From: Balanoglossus misakiensis | Lineage: Eukaryota; Animalia; Hemichordata | NCBI GenBank assembly: GCA_040954595.2 | Contig: CM082580.2 | Coordinates: 9,898,390-9,962,389 of the forward strand | DNA length: 64,000 nt | Direction: 5' to 3' | Shown: positions 1-15,791 of the stretch, piece by piece | How the letters are laid out: each line of letters starts with the position of its first letter | Numbering within the stretch: the stretch's first letter is position 1 | Translations under genes and position numbers: made by a program | The notes under the pieces: model-generated | What the model saw: only the letters and a program-made list of their open reading frames with translations | Told to the model about the DNA's origin: nothing | The model's database searches: none

Positions 1-2682
1 TCTGCAGAACAATCGCGAGTGTATTTATCGACTTTTCCATTTTAAGCTAATCAATTTAAACTGAGGAAGAGAGAGAGAGCGAGAGAGAGCCGTGTGGGTT
101 GAAGAAAGACGCCTGGAATGATGGAGTATCACTCTGGGGCTGGGGATATTTAAACAGAACGGAACGAGAGCGACAAGGACTGATTGATATTGTCATCCTA
201 TCAATTAAACTCCACCGCTTTCATTAATAGTGATTCCCCCCCCCCCTCGTTTCTCAATCGAGGGGCTGTTTCGCGATCTGCACCCCTCTCCCTCCATTGG
301 TTGTTCTGCTGGGTAACATTTGAATGTCGATGAAATATGATTCTATAAGCGCGGCAATCAATCACCCGCAAATTGCTGCTCCAAAGATTGATGGAGACAA
401 GAAAAAAAGAATGCGCCATCGCCATGGTAACGGGAAGGAACATCTGTTGCATCTGCTCTGCGAGACTTAATCAGTGTTTACACAAAAGGTCGGACTCTTG
501 CTTGAACTTCCCATTTTTTTTACAGCATCGTTTCTACGTTTTAATTGAACTATGTCTGAAGTCAGAGGAATTCAGTTTGTTTTGTTCGCCAACCACGGGG
601 GGTCATCCTGGAAAGACACGCTGGCAAACTGCCACCAGAAGAGGGGGCTATCACATAAAACTACAGCAACTAGAATTTTGCTGCAGGATGTCGACTGTGA
701 GGAACAGAGAAAGCGGGGGCAGAAGATACGTGAGCCCTCTATGGTCAACTATGACACTTCTAGTGACCGTCGATCATTTCTCCTGAAACACACGTGTACA
801 ATGTATGTGGTGCAGTAGTTTTCAACTGTTATCACACATGAAAACTGGTCTGCATTCACAGGATCAAGAAATTAATTTAAAGCAAAATCAGCAGGGGCTT
901 GAAAATGAGTACCAGTGCCGGCGATTTTGAGAGCTCAACTTAAGTATCAACTGAACACTGTGTACTTTTACTGGTACCAGTCATTTTGAACTTTTACTAC
1001 AGCTACATGTACAAATGCTCTTTTGTAAACATTTCATTTAAAAGTAAATCCACAACATTCATTAGCATGACTGTCAGCACAACACCTGCAAGGTTGACGG
1101 TGAATATGTTTAATAAAACAGATTTTATCACGTTGATCTTGCCATTATCATACACGGTTACAAATAAGCATTTGGGTCTTTTTCCTGATTGAGTTGTTTT
1201 TATGGCGAAATCCAACTCACTTTGTGAGCACACGGTTAGCTTAATTACTACACTGCATTTTCTGTCAGAAGTACAAGACCACATACACTCAAGGGAAATT
1301 GTGAAGTAAAGACGTCGTCCCTGTCCACACGGCTGTTAAAATACGTCCTGTCCCTTGAGACACGGGCAGTCAATAGACTATGATCACAAGTAAATGACTT
1401 CTCCAAACAGTGGCTGGATTGAGATGCAAGTTCTTGCCCTACGATTCAAGGAGTGTGTTGAGCACACAGTGCAGTTAGTTGACACTGGCAATAACTAGGA
1501 GCCTGAGAACATTTGGATTGTACAATTTATTGCACCTGCTCTCAACTGCAATAAAAGACCAATAAAACTGCACGGAAAAAATCAAATTCACAGAATATAT
1601 TTCTGCCAAATAAGGTTTTCTTAAGAATCAATAAGAAATTTATGATCTCAAAGTCGTGTATTAAGCACAAAGCAAACAATTCAAGGGTGTTAAATTCATG
1701 AAAAAGTTTTATTTGAGAGTAATTTGTCAAAATCATTTCCTGTCTAAACTCATGACAGACTGTTTCAATGTCTACTACAACAGTAATGATACAGACAGCA
1801 AGATCAGTTCTGTACTGATCAGTACTACCTAATAATGAAAAAACAAAACATAAAAAGTCCTGTTCAATTATATAGCTTGCTTTTACACTTTCTACGTAAG
1901 GGCATACAGTATTATTTTTTAGTTCCACTGACTACATCTGCACGCCCACGTACTAGCCTGACTGCAGATGACAGAACGACATGGATCAACTCAAAAAAAC
2001 AAGATTAACCTACAGTACAGAGAGACGAAGGAATGAGAGGACAAAAGCATTAACAGCTGAAGTGGTGCAACATAGCAACCAAGAGAAGGACCTCTCAGCA
2101 AGTTTTTTGGTTTGAGGCAAGTTGGGTAGAGAGAGAAAAACCTACAAGTATTGTTTTAGGCATCCTGAGATTCTCTGGTTAATTTCAGCTATAAGGGATT
2201 TGTACCTCAATGCCATACTTATCAAACATATATATGTACGTAGGACTGGACACGTACCATGTGGCATGAACTTTGACACAACCACTTGATATTCAAATGG
2301 CGGACTGGAATGGAATTTGCTACATTATTTCCGTCCAAGCATATGCCACAGCAATCAATTCTTACAGCAGAGTTGCAGTTTTCCATTAGACAACTTCTAT
2401 AAAAGCACAATTACTTTGACACTGTAGATCATGCGCGGAGGAACCTAATTTGCAAGGGAAAGCCACCGCTTCAATTTTCACAAAGCTTTTGTGCAACACA
2501 TAAAAAAAACCTGTTTCGATTAACTACATGTGGATACTTTTGTTTGCTGAACAATCAGTCTTAGTAAGTGTGTGTTATATACTGTGCTCAGAATTCTCTT
2601 GATCAGAGTTACTGGCAACTGGAAAACATTTTTTTCCAGCGGATTCTGCTGTCATAGCAACAATATACAGTGGATTTCTATT

Positions 2683-2746
2683 ATAATGCCCAGATCATCT
2701 CTTTGCACCATCTGATAATGCCCAGATCATCTCTTTGTGCCATCTG
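2683..2746. repeat. 32-bp tandem duplication
   Basis: ATAATGCCCAGATCATCTCTTTG(CA/TG)CCATCTG twice. Confidence 0.9.
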
Positions 2747-5700
2747 GTGACATAGTTCTTCCAGGAATTTTTTCAACTTCACCAGGTGCTCATTGTTTTC
2801 AATAGTTCCACAAGAAAATTGGGTAAACAGAAATAATAAATTGGATTCTCGATTTGTTTCAGCAAACACTTGTAGCAAACAATCTCTCTACTGAATGTGC
2901 ATGTGTGTCTCTCTCCTGTGACTATTCATCTATTTGTTATTGAACCTACTGAATTGGTTGAGTTATCACCTAATTTAATCACAATCAACACATAGCAACA
3001 GAGTGTATAAAATAAATGTATGTTTCAAATTATGTAACAATGCTAAGATTTGATCTTCACTTATAAGGTTTGTCGGTGCAAGTGGTTGGGCTTGATTTAT
3101 CACACGGACAACGTCACACATCAGCTCTAATTTACAGGCAGATGGATTCACAGCTTTAACCACAAGAAAGTAGCATTTATCACAGGGACGGATCAAAGCT
3201 CTGGCACTTTCAGACGCCTGCCTTCCGAGTTAAATACCGGCGCTTCAACTGAGTGGGCGTAGGCTGACGTCAGCTCTTGAGAAAGGCTGAAATATTAATG
3301 GGGGTTTGTAATGGACTTTCGTGAACTCGGTGAAGCTCTAATACACACAAGCTTGCTTCTTAAATGTCCCGGCGATAATATAAAATGCTCACAATAAAGG
3401 TTCGGTCGAACAGAGATTGAGGATATAGGCAAAGCAGGGGTTACGGTAATGGGCAGCTGAGATTTAAGACTAGGGGAAAAAATCAGTTTACTGCAGTCAA
3501 ACGTACAGGAATGACAAGCTTGACTTCATCAAATTGACATATATTCTTCATGTTGTGAACAGCAGACACGGTTGTGATTCAACAGGAACAGTTTGTGTTT
3601 CCACCACACTTAGTGTATTTGACTGGAAAATACTAAATGTGTAGTCCTCCCCACAGACACAAAAGCTTCACATAGTTTAACCATGCAGTAGTTCCATTTG
3701 ACTTTCTGCATGATTATATGGACATGAAACAGTCTAGAAACAACTAAACTGAATCTAAACAATGTCGATCATGACTTTCATTATTTTGTATACACTAACA
3801 CAAGCCACTTGATGAAATAAGTTATTGAGAAAATATTTGAAATGTTCAAAGTGAGAGAGAGACATCATATCTGGAATATCACTGGTTTAATTTCCCCCCT
3901 TTTCATGACTACTAAATGAGACACTGACTAAGCAATGTCATGCTAAACTGTTGTCGTGGCAATAAAACTTAACATGCGTGTCATTCTTGGTCCAGTAAAC
4001 AAGTGACAAAAGAAAAAAACATGATAACATTTCACTGCATAATGAAGCAACTTATTAGAAAGCCGAATTGGTTCGCGAGATAATCTCCCAGCCATTCACT
4101 ATTCACTAAGTACCCTCTCTCTGCAGTGACTCTAATACAATTAGAAAATAGTGTGTATTTCCGGAGCAGTAAATCTCCTCCCCCATCGCGATGACGTCAC
4201 CAACATCCAGACAACTATGAAAGCCATCGGTGCTTTAGAAACACAGCATGCTGACGACACAAAATCAACCGATCGCTTTGAATGGGAACGACCGCTGCAT
4301 GTTTCAGATCAGTTACCCGACTACTGCTGCGAGGACATTCGAGTGAATGAAAAGCACCACTGTTTACATAAAATACTGAAAGCATTTCCATCAAAGTGTA
4401 TGGCAATGTCTGTACATTGTACAACGTACTGTAATAAATAAAAGAAGCTTATTTTGTAATGTAATGCAAAAGCCATGCCTAAGAAGTTCCATTAACAGAT
4501 GGACAAACACAGCTCAATTTATGTGTATGCCCTCCCCCACACTTCCTGGACTATGGTCTGTGGAGAATGTAGCAACATCAGAATCAGGGAGCAATATGCC
4601 ATGAGAGAGTTCATTTTAACTCCTTGCTCAATGATACAAACATGTATCTGTTGGCGTAATTGAAACAAACCAACCAAACAATACTTGTAAAAGCTAAAAC
4701 AGGAGCCTTTCATTTGACTCAACAGTACCAGATGTGCGCGAAGTGTTGGAAAATGACCTAAATAGGCCCGGATAAATATATCCGTTAAAAGAAGTCTGTC
4801 ACACAGTTATTCACCAGAGTCAAAAACCAATGGTGCTCACCTTATGGTTACTTCAGAAACTAGACTACTCACATAGAAATTTTAATGGTTTTATTCTTAC
4901 AATGGGGCAAAAAGCGGGCCAGTTTTCATTGAGTGTACAGCCTTGTGTTCAATATGGTCTTAACTTCCATGCAATATTTTGAGCTATGAAATTTAGCACA
5001 AGGAAACTGTTGCTCTTACGATAACATCCGGTGAGGATAAATTTAAGTACTTGCCTTTCCCATGAAAATAAGTGCATTTACTGTATGTTATAAAAAATGA
5101 ATAAAGGCATGACCATTATGCCTTATTTTTTATGGTTTCATTTGATTTCATCATTTTGAGTTGATTAATTACTGTAACGTAATGGTGTTTCTGTATTGTA
5201 CTGTAAACTAAGTGAAGTCCTGTAAATATGCATGATATTGACATTTTCATGGTAACTTTTTGTTTACATTCAAGGGAAGGCCCATGACCGAGTGTTTTAT
5301 GTAAACATGTGCTTAAAAAATAGAACCCTGTCTGGCATATGTTACCTGCAGTTTACATATGTATATGTATATTTAGGTTTACATTTCATTATTTTGTAAT
5401 TGCTGTTTGATGTTGATTTTGTAAACAGCCTCAATGTCCTCCATGTACTGTCTGAGTTTTTAAAAGTAAAGAGCCTTCCATTTCACCGTCTTTATTAGAG
5501 TCCACAGTTAAGTGTGATTTGCATCTAATTTCCAGAAAATCAAGATATACGTACATGTGACGTCAAGCCACTTAATAAGGGACGCCAACAACCCATGCTT
5601 CCAACTAAAGCACTTCATTTCTTTCCATCCAATCCAATAGATGACACATTGTAATTGGATGAATCGTCAATGTGTGTAAAAGGAGCATATTTTAGATGGT

Positions 5701-8700
5701 GTTGGTAATGTTTATCGGGTCTGTGTACTGTCTGTCACTAGTACTGGATACGTGACTGTTAACCATTTGCTTTTATCACATACATTGAGACTACTGACAA
5801 AAACTGCCACTTGTCAATTTATGCCAGGCCGGCGACAACGTCGGTTTGAAATTGGGATATGTGACTGTGATCTAACCAGCTGATTGCAGTATGAATAGGT
5901 GACCGTTAACTACCACTTGTCCCAGTACTGTCTGAGTGTTTACTGTACTGCGAGCTAAAAGGAACAATCCTGTTTCGAAAATTATATCTATAACAGCAAC
6001 TTAATCATACGATTGTTAGCCTAATGGACATTTTGAATGTGCAGCTGTTAGCAAATTATCGAATGCCTTCCAGATACATTTATATGCTATATGTATATGT
6101 TGCAAACTGTACCTCTCATATGGAAGGCCTTTCATCCTCTTCCTAGTACTCACAAAACATCCATATTTGAAACTATTGGAAGTACTCTTATATTTTGAGA
6201 ATACATGTTTGTGACAAGTTCCACCCTTTCACAGAAAACAGTTGGTGATAGGTAATAGGCATCTTGATAAAGATGAAAATGAAAAAGTGACCATTATATT
6301 TCCAGTACTCAGTGATCAAAATATCAAGAAATTTGAAATATTTTGAAATTTGCAACTATATACAAAATACACTGTATAATTACTACAATCATTAGGAAAC
6401 ACACTGTACAGATTTAAGCCTTTTTGAATTCAAAACGACCTGGCTCTTTTTGTACAAATGGAAACTTCTTTCTCAATTCACTACATTGACGACGGGTGCC
6501 CCTTTAAATTACCTGAAGACTTAAAAGAGAGTGTGGAAAAAGGAAAGAGGCAATGTCGGGATGACGAGAAAAGAATCCAGAGAAATCGATAGTTAAGTTC
6601 TACATGTCAAATCCAGGAAAGCTCAGAGGTCCATTCTGCCCTTCTGGTTGACAGACTTTGTGTGTGCTTAGCTTAATACTTTAAAACAAGAAACGTAGCA
6701 ACTGGACAGACAGTGTGAGGTGAATGTTAAAGAGAGCTTCACAACCTGGGCTCAAAGCTGGGACCAAGTTTTTTACACTTTCAATCTCTTGGACAACGTC
6801 GCGTCTTTGCATCACTGGGCAATTGTGAAATCATGCACACTGCCTACAGTGATGCTGGAAACAATCAGACATTCACATTTTACGATTATTTTTCCATTTT
6901 GCTCCCATAAAATTATGTTGAACATTTCACAAGCTCCGGATTTGGTGATTCTGATTGAAACATTTTACTTAAATACACAAGGTACTGTTACCAAATGACT
7001 CCATAAAAGGAATTTACGTCAAAATTGACTTTTGGAGAGAAAGGCATCACAAAAAATCTTGACGTGAATTTACATGTCAGAAGTCATGCTCTTCGACCTT
7101 TGACTTCTCGTCAAGCAAATCTGAATAATGCATGACAGAAATCGTGCAATTCTCATGGAATAATAATGATCATCAAAATAGTCTTATGAATGTTTAATTT
7201 CTCACACGGTAAATAAATTTTTTATTGCTTATTTTTTATCCCCTCACACGCGATTTGCCCGGCAGCACATGTCAATTATGCGCTATAACATTATTTGGAT
7301 ACCAATCTATACTTTTCATTGAACATATTAAAAAGCAGACACACTTACACCATTAGAAAAAAATATACTCAATATATAATTAACCTTGCCTCCAATACTC
7401 CCACCTGGCCGGCATTGATTGATTTTTTTTCAACTGCCTGGATAATTAAAGGTAATTAATTGTCTGACAATACCACAGTAAAATGGTGAATGAAACATCT
7501 ACTTACAAGTTGTGGGCATGACTGCTAGCGAATGTTCCATGTAAAACAGAATTTTTGGGGGCCCAACTTCAGCAGTTTGCGTGTGCAGCTATTTTACGTG
7601 GGTTTGTCGGTGACACCACTCCGAACACTTCAGTTGGTTTACGCACTGACCGCCTCCTTCGGCTAACACGCGTACACCAGAAATACGACAGGCTGGAGAG
7701 GAGATACCACTCTCCCACAGGGTTGCGAGGCTCTAACGCATGAGGGACAAGTTTTTCTTTTTTTCACAAAGCTGGTGTTGTGTCGACTAGCTTTGGCACA
7801 GATGGCAAGAATTACTAATTCTGCACACGCACCGGATTATTAAATGACAATTTCATGTCACACTGAGTTGTAGTGATTGTTGATTGTCTATCATATCTCT
7901 GTGCATGGCAAGTGACGTTTATACAGTTATCAGCATATTTTTTCACACTGCGATTTCAGCGAATCTCGTAATTTCCAACGAAACCATCACTGATCAAAGC
8001 CAGAGCGGCTGTCATAACAACCACGTCTCCTGAATACCAATTCCACGGCTCAGATGAAGGAGGTCACTTTTTTAAAAAAAGTGTGGAGTGACTGTACACG
8101 ATATGTACATGACTACCAAAATATATAAAAAGAAAACTGCAGGTACATTTTACATTTCATCACAGCAGCTCTGTTAACAGTACCACTCTCTGGGACTTAA
8201 ATAGAATCCCTGTTCAACTGAAAAGCGGCAGTTAGTTTGAAAAGAGTAGATGGGGAAGACAGACCGCATCTACGTCACAAGGGTGCAGACAGGTGAGAGC
8301 TGGTGGGTGGCAAAAACAACCGGCTACTTTGCCTGTACTTTTTCAGAACGTGTGCTGAGATTCCTCCCACTGGAAATGTGTTTTCTCAGATTACAGTCCA
8401 CTCAAACAACCGCAAAACCGCCAGCCCCTTTGGTTTCTTATACAACGATGTTTAACATCAGTGTATAGCTTTCAGATTTGAATAAGTTCCCATACAGTGG
8501 GAGGACACTGTCCACACCCATCCCATCCAGCTAAACAGTCCCTTAAATGACCATTGACTACTTCTTACAACATTACTTCAAACTTGCATTGTCAAGTTCT
8601 TCAGGAAAAGCCCCAAATTCGATTTCTTAAAATAAAATGAGCGATCCATCATCATTAACATTGAAATGAAAAATGAGATGTCACAATTGTTTGTTTTTCA

Positions 8701-11700
8701 GAAGATTAAATGAAATTTAATTGACATGCTAATGAAGGATACTGTATATGGAATAATGGTCTTTTCGAAACCATACATTAACCTCATTAATAACTACCAA
8801 AAAACAATATTTCCTTTCTAATACAATTCTGTTAATACGCAAGTGGAAAAGGTCGCGACACCCGCCAAACATAATCTATTTTATAATCACATGGATTGAC
8901 ACGTACCACAGCCCTGTTTCATCAAACGCAAATGAAGGCGGGTTAAAAACAGATTTCACACTCATACAATCGTACGTGTTTCCACTTCATTCACAGATGT
9001 CACGAGATTTTCTATTCATTGATGGTCTGTTTCTTTCCTGTCGTTATTGTTGGTGGAACGGATGCTTTCGCTGATGACAGAAATCGACAGGTTTCAGCCG
9101 CCTGATTGGTTGGAAGCTCAGAGCTGCGATAAATCATATACACCCACGAAAGGAGGCCATTGGTAGCTGTCAGTTTGGAAATCAACTGATTAGAATTTCA
9201 TCGCTTTCACTATAAACCGCAATCAATCCTGTTTTTGATTACGAGGCAATTTCTCAGGACGGACAATAAAATTTTACACACTGCCAGAGAAAAAAGACAG
9301 ATAAAACGTTATCTGTTCTCAACCAAGAGTGACACAGAAAAACACACGCAATGAGTAGTTTTGGGATCAAAGTTCACATGGCGGTCATTGTACGACAATC
9401 TGACATAAAACCCACATAGTCATGCACGCAAAAACAGTTCTTATCAGTGATCTCTACACACCACATGATGTGCCCAAGTCTCAGCTGGGTCTAAAATTCT
9501 TGTTATATACATATGTAAGTTGTGCGTTTTCGATTGTTCCACAGGCCACATCTAATGTCGATCAAACTGACTCCCACGAAAGACATGACTTTTAAACTCT
9601 TACTCAAATAATGAACTACAAAAAACAAATTTGCATCTTACTTAAGATGTAAATTAGTACGTAGGATAAATTAACTGGTTGACAGACTGTGTGATCGATC
9701 GATTGATTGATATTGTTTTACTATGAATGATATTATTTCTTGTCGATGCAGATACTAGCATAGTACCCGTAGTATTAATAGAAATTCAGAATCAAACAGC
9801 ACACATGTTAATGTGTTCACTTTCCTCCATAATTAGAATATACGTTATCAAGCTGTATGATAAAAAACTCACATTAGCCAAAAAGGGGCCATTAATTTAA
9901 ATTAGTTCAGAGACAACTTTAAAAGAGCGAAAGATAAAGATTACTTGAGGCACGGGAGAAGTGTGCATAAATAGAAAGGTGCTGAGCAAGCAATTTACAC
10001 GAGGTCTATAAATCATTAGACACGATAACTTTTACTTTCTCAAGAGTGTTTGGTGACACTTCCTTAATTTATAATTCACCATGTGAACGAGCTCCTTTCA
10101 GAATTCGAACAGTAAATTTGATCAACGGGAACACGTACACAAGGTTCTGTTTATGACTGTCGCTGAATGTGACAGGCACTGCATTCCACAGCAAAAACCT
10201 GCAATCATCCAAGCATAGCTGTGTTTATTCTGAACTCTGGCACCGAAACTTTTTGCCGAATTATACTGCCGTTCTTGACAGTGATCAAGGGGATGTGGAT
10301 AGCAACATCAAAAAGGAGAAATATCAGCTCTTTGTAAAATTCACGGCAAACCCATAATTGCTGAAATACTTACCGACTGACGCCATCTGCAAGCAACCTG
10401 GCCGACAGGCAGGCAAGCAGGCAGTTGTGATGCTCAGAGTGTGTACACCACTTTATGCAGATAATACACGTGTGACACAGGCTTAGTTTTTATACCACGT
10501 CATTCTCTCTGCATGGTTGTATGGGAATCTGCACATATGGGTGTGTACCACACTGGCTATGCCAAACAAACCTTTAGTATATCCAAAAATTTATTCTCCA
10601 ATAATATATATAGAGTATCCACAAAAAAATGTTGCCCTTTAATTTAAATAACATAAATTTCTATAAACAGATGTACATATGGTACATTTTAATAACCTGT
10701 CTTTATTGAATGCAGCTACTGGTATGACTGAAATTAAGCATATGTGCTTGATAATTATTTTTCTGGTCAAACTCACCATAAATTGTGCACAAAGGGCATG
10801 TTCTGGTTTACAAAGGAATGTATTGGTTTCCATTCCTCAATTGCCTCTGGTATATTAAATAGTGTTGACACAAATCAGATTAATTCCGCAATGCTCTCTT
10901 TTCAGTAAATTTCCCTGGATATCTGGTAAAAAAATTGGTGGACTGTACATTTGATTCCAGAAAAAAATTATCAAATCAAAATACCATAAATCATGAACTT
11001 GTACGGGCATGTCACTGTGGCCTCAATATTACAATGTTCTGACTATGGGCGTCGATGGGAAATTCCCAAACCCACCATAACACATACACGAAAACTAAAC
11101 AGTCTGTTTGCACTGTACTGGGAATGTTGACTGATAAAGTTATACACGCTGGTGAGTGCAATGCGGACTCAATTACCTGCCTTCTAGTCGAGTCACGTAT
11201 CACAAATTCACCCGAAATATATTGATTCCACACCAGATAGTCAAGACATACCCCCAACTTGTCGACAGATACACAGCTAGATCTAACAGCATCTCACAAA
11301 GTAATATCTATACATCCCAATACAATTATTTTTCCTCGTTAGATTTTTTGAAACGCTGTAATTCGATTCAAGCGACGCTTGTTAGAGCCAGACACCTGTC
11401 AGAACTGAATGTCTACTGCAGGGATTACAATCTGTAGTCTGTATTAGTTTCTTTCATTAATGAAATTTCCCTATTGTCCAGGTACATGTAAATTCCTTGG
11501 TTACCGTCCTGCACCAAATACATCAATGCAAAGTTGAATAATACGTGCATGTACACTGTATGTATGCGTGTGTGTATGATAAATGTGTATAAACATGTAA
11601 CAATTCAGCAAAACACATTACATTTGCAGACTGAACTTTTTCTGAGAAAAATATTATTTTTACCAGGAAATCCATATAGCATACTACTACTAAATATAAC

Positions 11701-14700
11701 CATTTCTTCTTCAGTTCCATAGCCTTTGTTCAAATCATTGAATGTGTGTGTTCAGTACTGTCCTGGATCTGGTCACGAATTCAACAAAACATTATTATCT
11801 GTGTGCTTTTTAGTATATTATCTTATCCAAATAAATTTATCAAAAATAATTTGTACGGTGTGATATCAGACAGTTTAATATTTTCTAACAAATGCATTAC
11901 GAAAGTATATCAATGCTTGAGAGTGGTATGGGTATTAAGATTTGAGCTCTCTTTTGCAGTTTATAGAATTGAAAGGGGTCAAACTGAGATATCATTGTCC
12001 AATTCGACCATGAATCAGTCCTTAATCTCGCCAAATTGTACAGGTACACAAGGGAATAATAACCTCACCTTCAATAATGAAAAAAAAAAATTTATGCAAA
12101 TTGAAAAACTGTCGCTTGTTTACATCAAACTTAATTATCAGTTGACAAATATCATAAGCTAACACCAATTACTGGTGCACACCTATCTGGGAGAGAGCGT
12201 TTTGTCAATTTCTCGGTCTTCTAATTAGGTCCATTCCCGTGTCAAGACTACCAGCAGATTTTATCACTGTCACGCCCTTGTTGTCTCAATATAATGGTTT
12301 CATGTCAAAGCCAGCATAAATATTTATGATAATATCGTTCCTATCTCGCTGGCAAAAATTTTGACTGAAACTGGCCATTTATGCACCCATTTTTCTGAGA
12401 AAGTTTGTCAGATAAAAACTGAAGTCTAGCCATCCTCCCACGCACAAAATATGACTACACTCAATAACAGTTACCATGCTTCAACCATGTGTCTGGAGTC
12501 AATCTTCAAGCAGAGTCCAGTTTCTCATAATTCCAGATATGTACTTTCACAGAGGGGATTTCAGTAAAGCTCTTCAATTATACCAGGTGTGTGTTATTTT
12601 TCATCTGTAATCCAAATTGCAAACTGAATGATTTCAAATCTGAACTGAGCCTCAAACTACACAATAAACAGGGAATTTCTGGCTGACAACTACCTACATG
12701 TACGTGTAGCTGCCATGCCTATGCACACAAATTCACACTTTCTTTTTCATCAAAAAGTGATGAGATGATACGTCTTTTATCCACAGTCTCTAATGAAACA
12801 CCCCTGGTTGACCGTTTTTCATTAAGGCTCCGTCATTCAGAAAGTTTGAGAGGAGAGACATGTGAACAGAGGTGTTGATAAATCACTCAGTTACTTCTCA
12901 GTATATTTCATTTTGACAAAATATGAACTCTTCTTGATGTCTTGGTGTAACTGCATCAAGATCCACTTGCCCCCCCCCCCCCACCAACTCCTCTGAACAT
13001 CAATTTTCTTCTGCCTCCTTGTTCGAAATCGAAACTCTTTTATGTCAGTACCATATGTCTGCTGCTGTACAGACCACACACTGACTTCAGGGCATATTCT
13101 ATTCCACAATTTCCACTGCTTTTTACATGAGCCTTCTGTTGTCCTTTTTTAAACAGATAATGAAACAGTCCAAATCTTAAGCTCTGCATGCTGCTGTCCA
13201 TCCCAGAATGCAGCAGCCGTGGGGGGAGGGGGTCATCAGTAACTGCGTGTTCACTTATCCTAGTGCAAGTACAACAATCTTTATCCATGTAACTTGATGA
13301 AGATGTCAGAACACATCAACAATACTTGATGAATTTATTGTGGAAAATGCTGGATTAATTTCTCAGAGAAAGGAAGTGGGCCTGTCAACCTAGAGTATAC
13401 CATGTACATGAAAGCACTAGTCAACTTGGCTATTCTCTTCACGTTGATATGTACAACAAAAATCCATTAGAAACCTCAGGTTTTCCAAATGAAGACATGA
13501 CGATTAAGTCCAGATTTTAAGCATTCTTCAGGAGAAGAATGAAAGTAGTGTGGGACTGTCTGGTGTTGATTGAGCTTTCAGCTAGCTGAAAATTAATCGA
13601 TGCAGGCCAGTACAATATGGTTTGTATACCAGTGGCGCCTTTTGATATGAAGTTAATGAGAACCAAGGGGCAACCCATCCCTAAATTTGACCCGGCATGA
13701 ATTAAGGGAGAGTAGGGAAGGCACTATGGCTGGAACTATGTCATTCTGCTCCCAGCTAAAATATGGCAAGACAAAATGCTACATGAGTGAGTATTCACTC
13801 AAAGGGAAATAAATGGAAGTAACAGAGTTGCATGGCGCATAAGGTATTGCTTTGCAAATGAGCTGAATTTCAATTTCCGTTTTCAACATGTTTTTTCTTG
13901 GCTCCACACCCTGAACTCTGGGAAGACGATCGACGCAAGGAATTCCAGCACGGCCAGACAGCAATGACTACGTTGCCTAGGTTACTGGATGATCTTTCAT
14001 TGGTTAGTGAACTGCGATACAATTAATGCACTGATAACACGGCTGCATGGCGGTATTGAAAAGTCTGGCTGCAGCACAAAATAATATTATTTTACAGGAT
14101 AGACGGTATCTACCGTACTTCTGTGTCTGCTTTGATTCGACAGCCAAAGCTGAAAAATAATACTAGTAGTACCGGTAATACAAATGCATACATGTATATG
14201 TAATAGGGGTGAGGGGTTGCCTGTCTTCCAGTACCCTCTCTATGGGAGAATGTTCTCCAACAAAAATTTCCTCCACCAAAATTTGCCAGTGTGGCAAGAA
14301 CTGCCTTGACCAATAAAGAGACTGTAACCTGAAGCTTACACAGAATAAAGCACACTTGCTGTAAAATAAGGATAGAGGATGTAAAAGTGTTGGGGCGAAT
14401 ACAAATGTACACCGGTACCCTCTCCTTAGATATCAATTTAAACTAATGGAGGAAAGGTCCTCTGGGGGCAAACGCAGTCTGGGATACCAATTTCGCATCA
14501 ACTTCTCTTATAGTTTTATTCGTTATTCGATTTCTGTCGTACCAATTTCCACCCCCAAGGAAACACCATCGGTATGCGAGAGACGGGATCAGATTTACCC
14601 CACTCTATGTTTTTATATAGATTTCCAATAGATCCAAATGATCAGTGTCTGTGCCACTGGCAAGTTTCATTCTCAGTTTTCTCTCCATACAGCTGAGGAT

Positions 14701-15791
14701 GACACATCGGGAGATTGTAATTGTATTCCTTTGATTTCGTGACAAACAATCCCCATTTTAGATCAGGTAGAGACAAGATACAATGTACCATTGGGCATTT
14801 AAAGGGACTGAATTTGAGGGGGAAAAAACATGACGAATCAAGAAATATTAACCATACACTGACACACGTTTGCAACATCAATGACTTCATGGCCATACAT
14901 TGTAAATAGTACCTCCATTTTCAGCTCTGACTAAACACTGCCCATGAGAAATGGAGTGTAACAGGGCAGGAGCACACATCTGAGCACAAGGTACAACATA
15001 TGGCAGGGGTGACTTCCACCATTCTACTTTAAAATTCGCCTGCTTCTGTTTGATGCCAGCAGAGTTGCACTGTGATGCCAAAGTGCTAAATTGATCCAGG
15101 CCACTCACCTAAAACTGTCAGAGAGATGGCTGGGCCACAACGCCTCCTGCCATGGTGATCAATGCATGTCGACGGAGCATCACTAACACATTGAAAATGT
15201 ACACCTATCACACATACACCAGTATCCTATATTGAGCACTGTAGATATTTGATATGCCCAGCCCTGTCAGTCTAATGGGTAATTACATTATATAGATGTA
15301 TATATAGCAGGACCTCACAAAAATAGCCCACAGCACAGAAATGACGGCAGGGGATGGGTTCTTATGGTCTCAATTCCTTGTCACAGTTTACACTTTTGTC
15401 AGGTGAGGGGAAGGGTATGTACTTACTGGGACTTTTCACAAACTCAAAAATTTATTGAGAAATAAATCATTAAAAAACAATCCTGTATGTATACATGTAT
15501 GAAGAATCTACACTTTATTGATGGTGACTGGGGTAAACGGGGGAAAAATGAGGCCATCTTCTTCATGGAAGTGCACCACATCTAGTTCAACAAAAGCCTA
15601 GTCATGATGATGTGTGGTACAGAAATAGCAAGATAACTCCATTGCTTTAGAGGTCCAACTTTCCCCTAGAATACAATGGAGTTGGACTGAATCACTCCAT
15701 ATAATACCATACACTGCAGAAAACTTATGGATCAGGGTTGGACAGAGGATCTATTAATAAATATAATATGATGAATGATGCCAAGTTGTGT

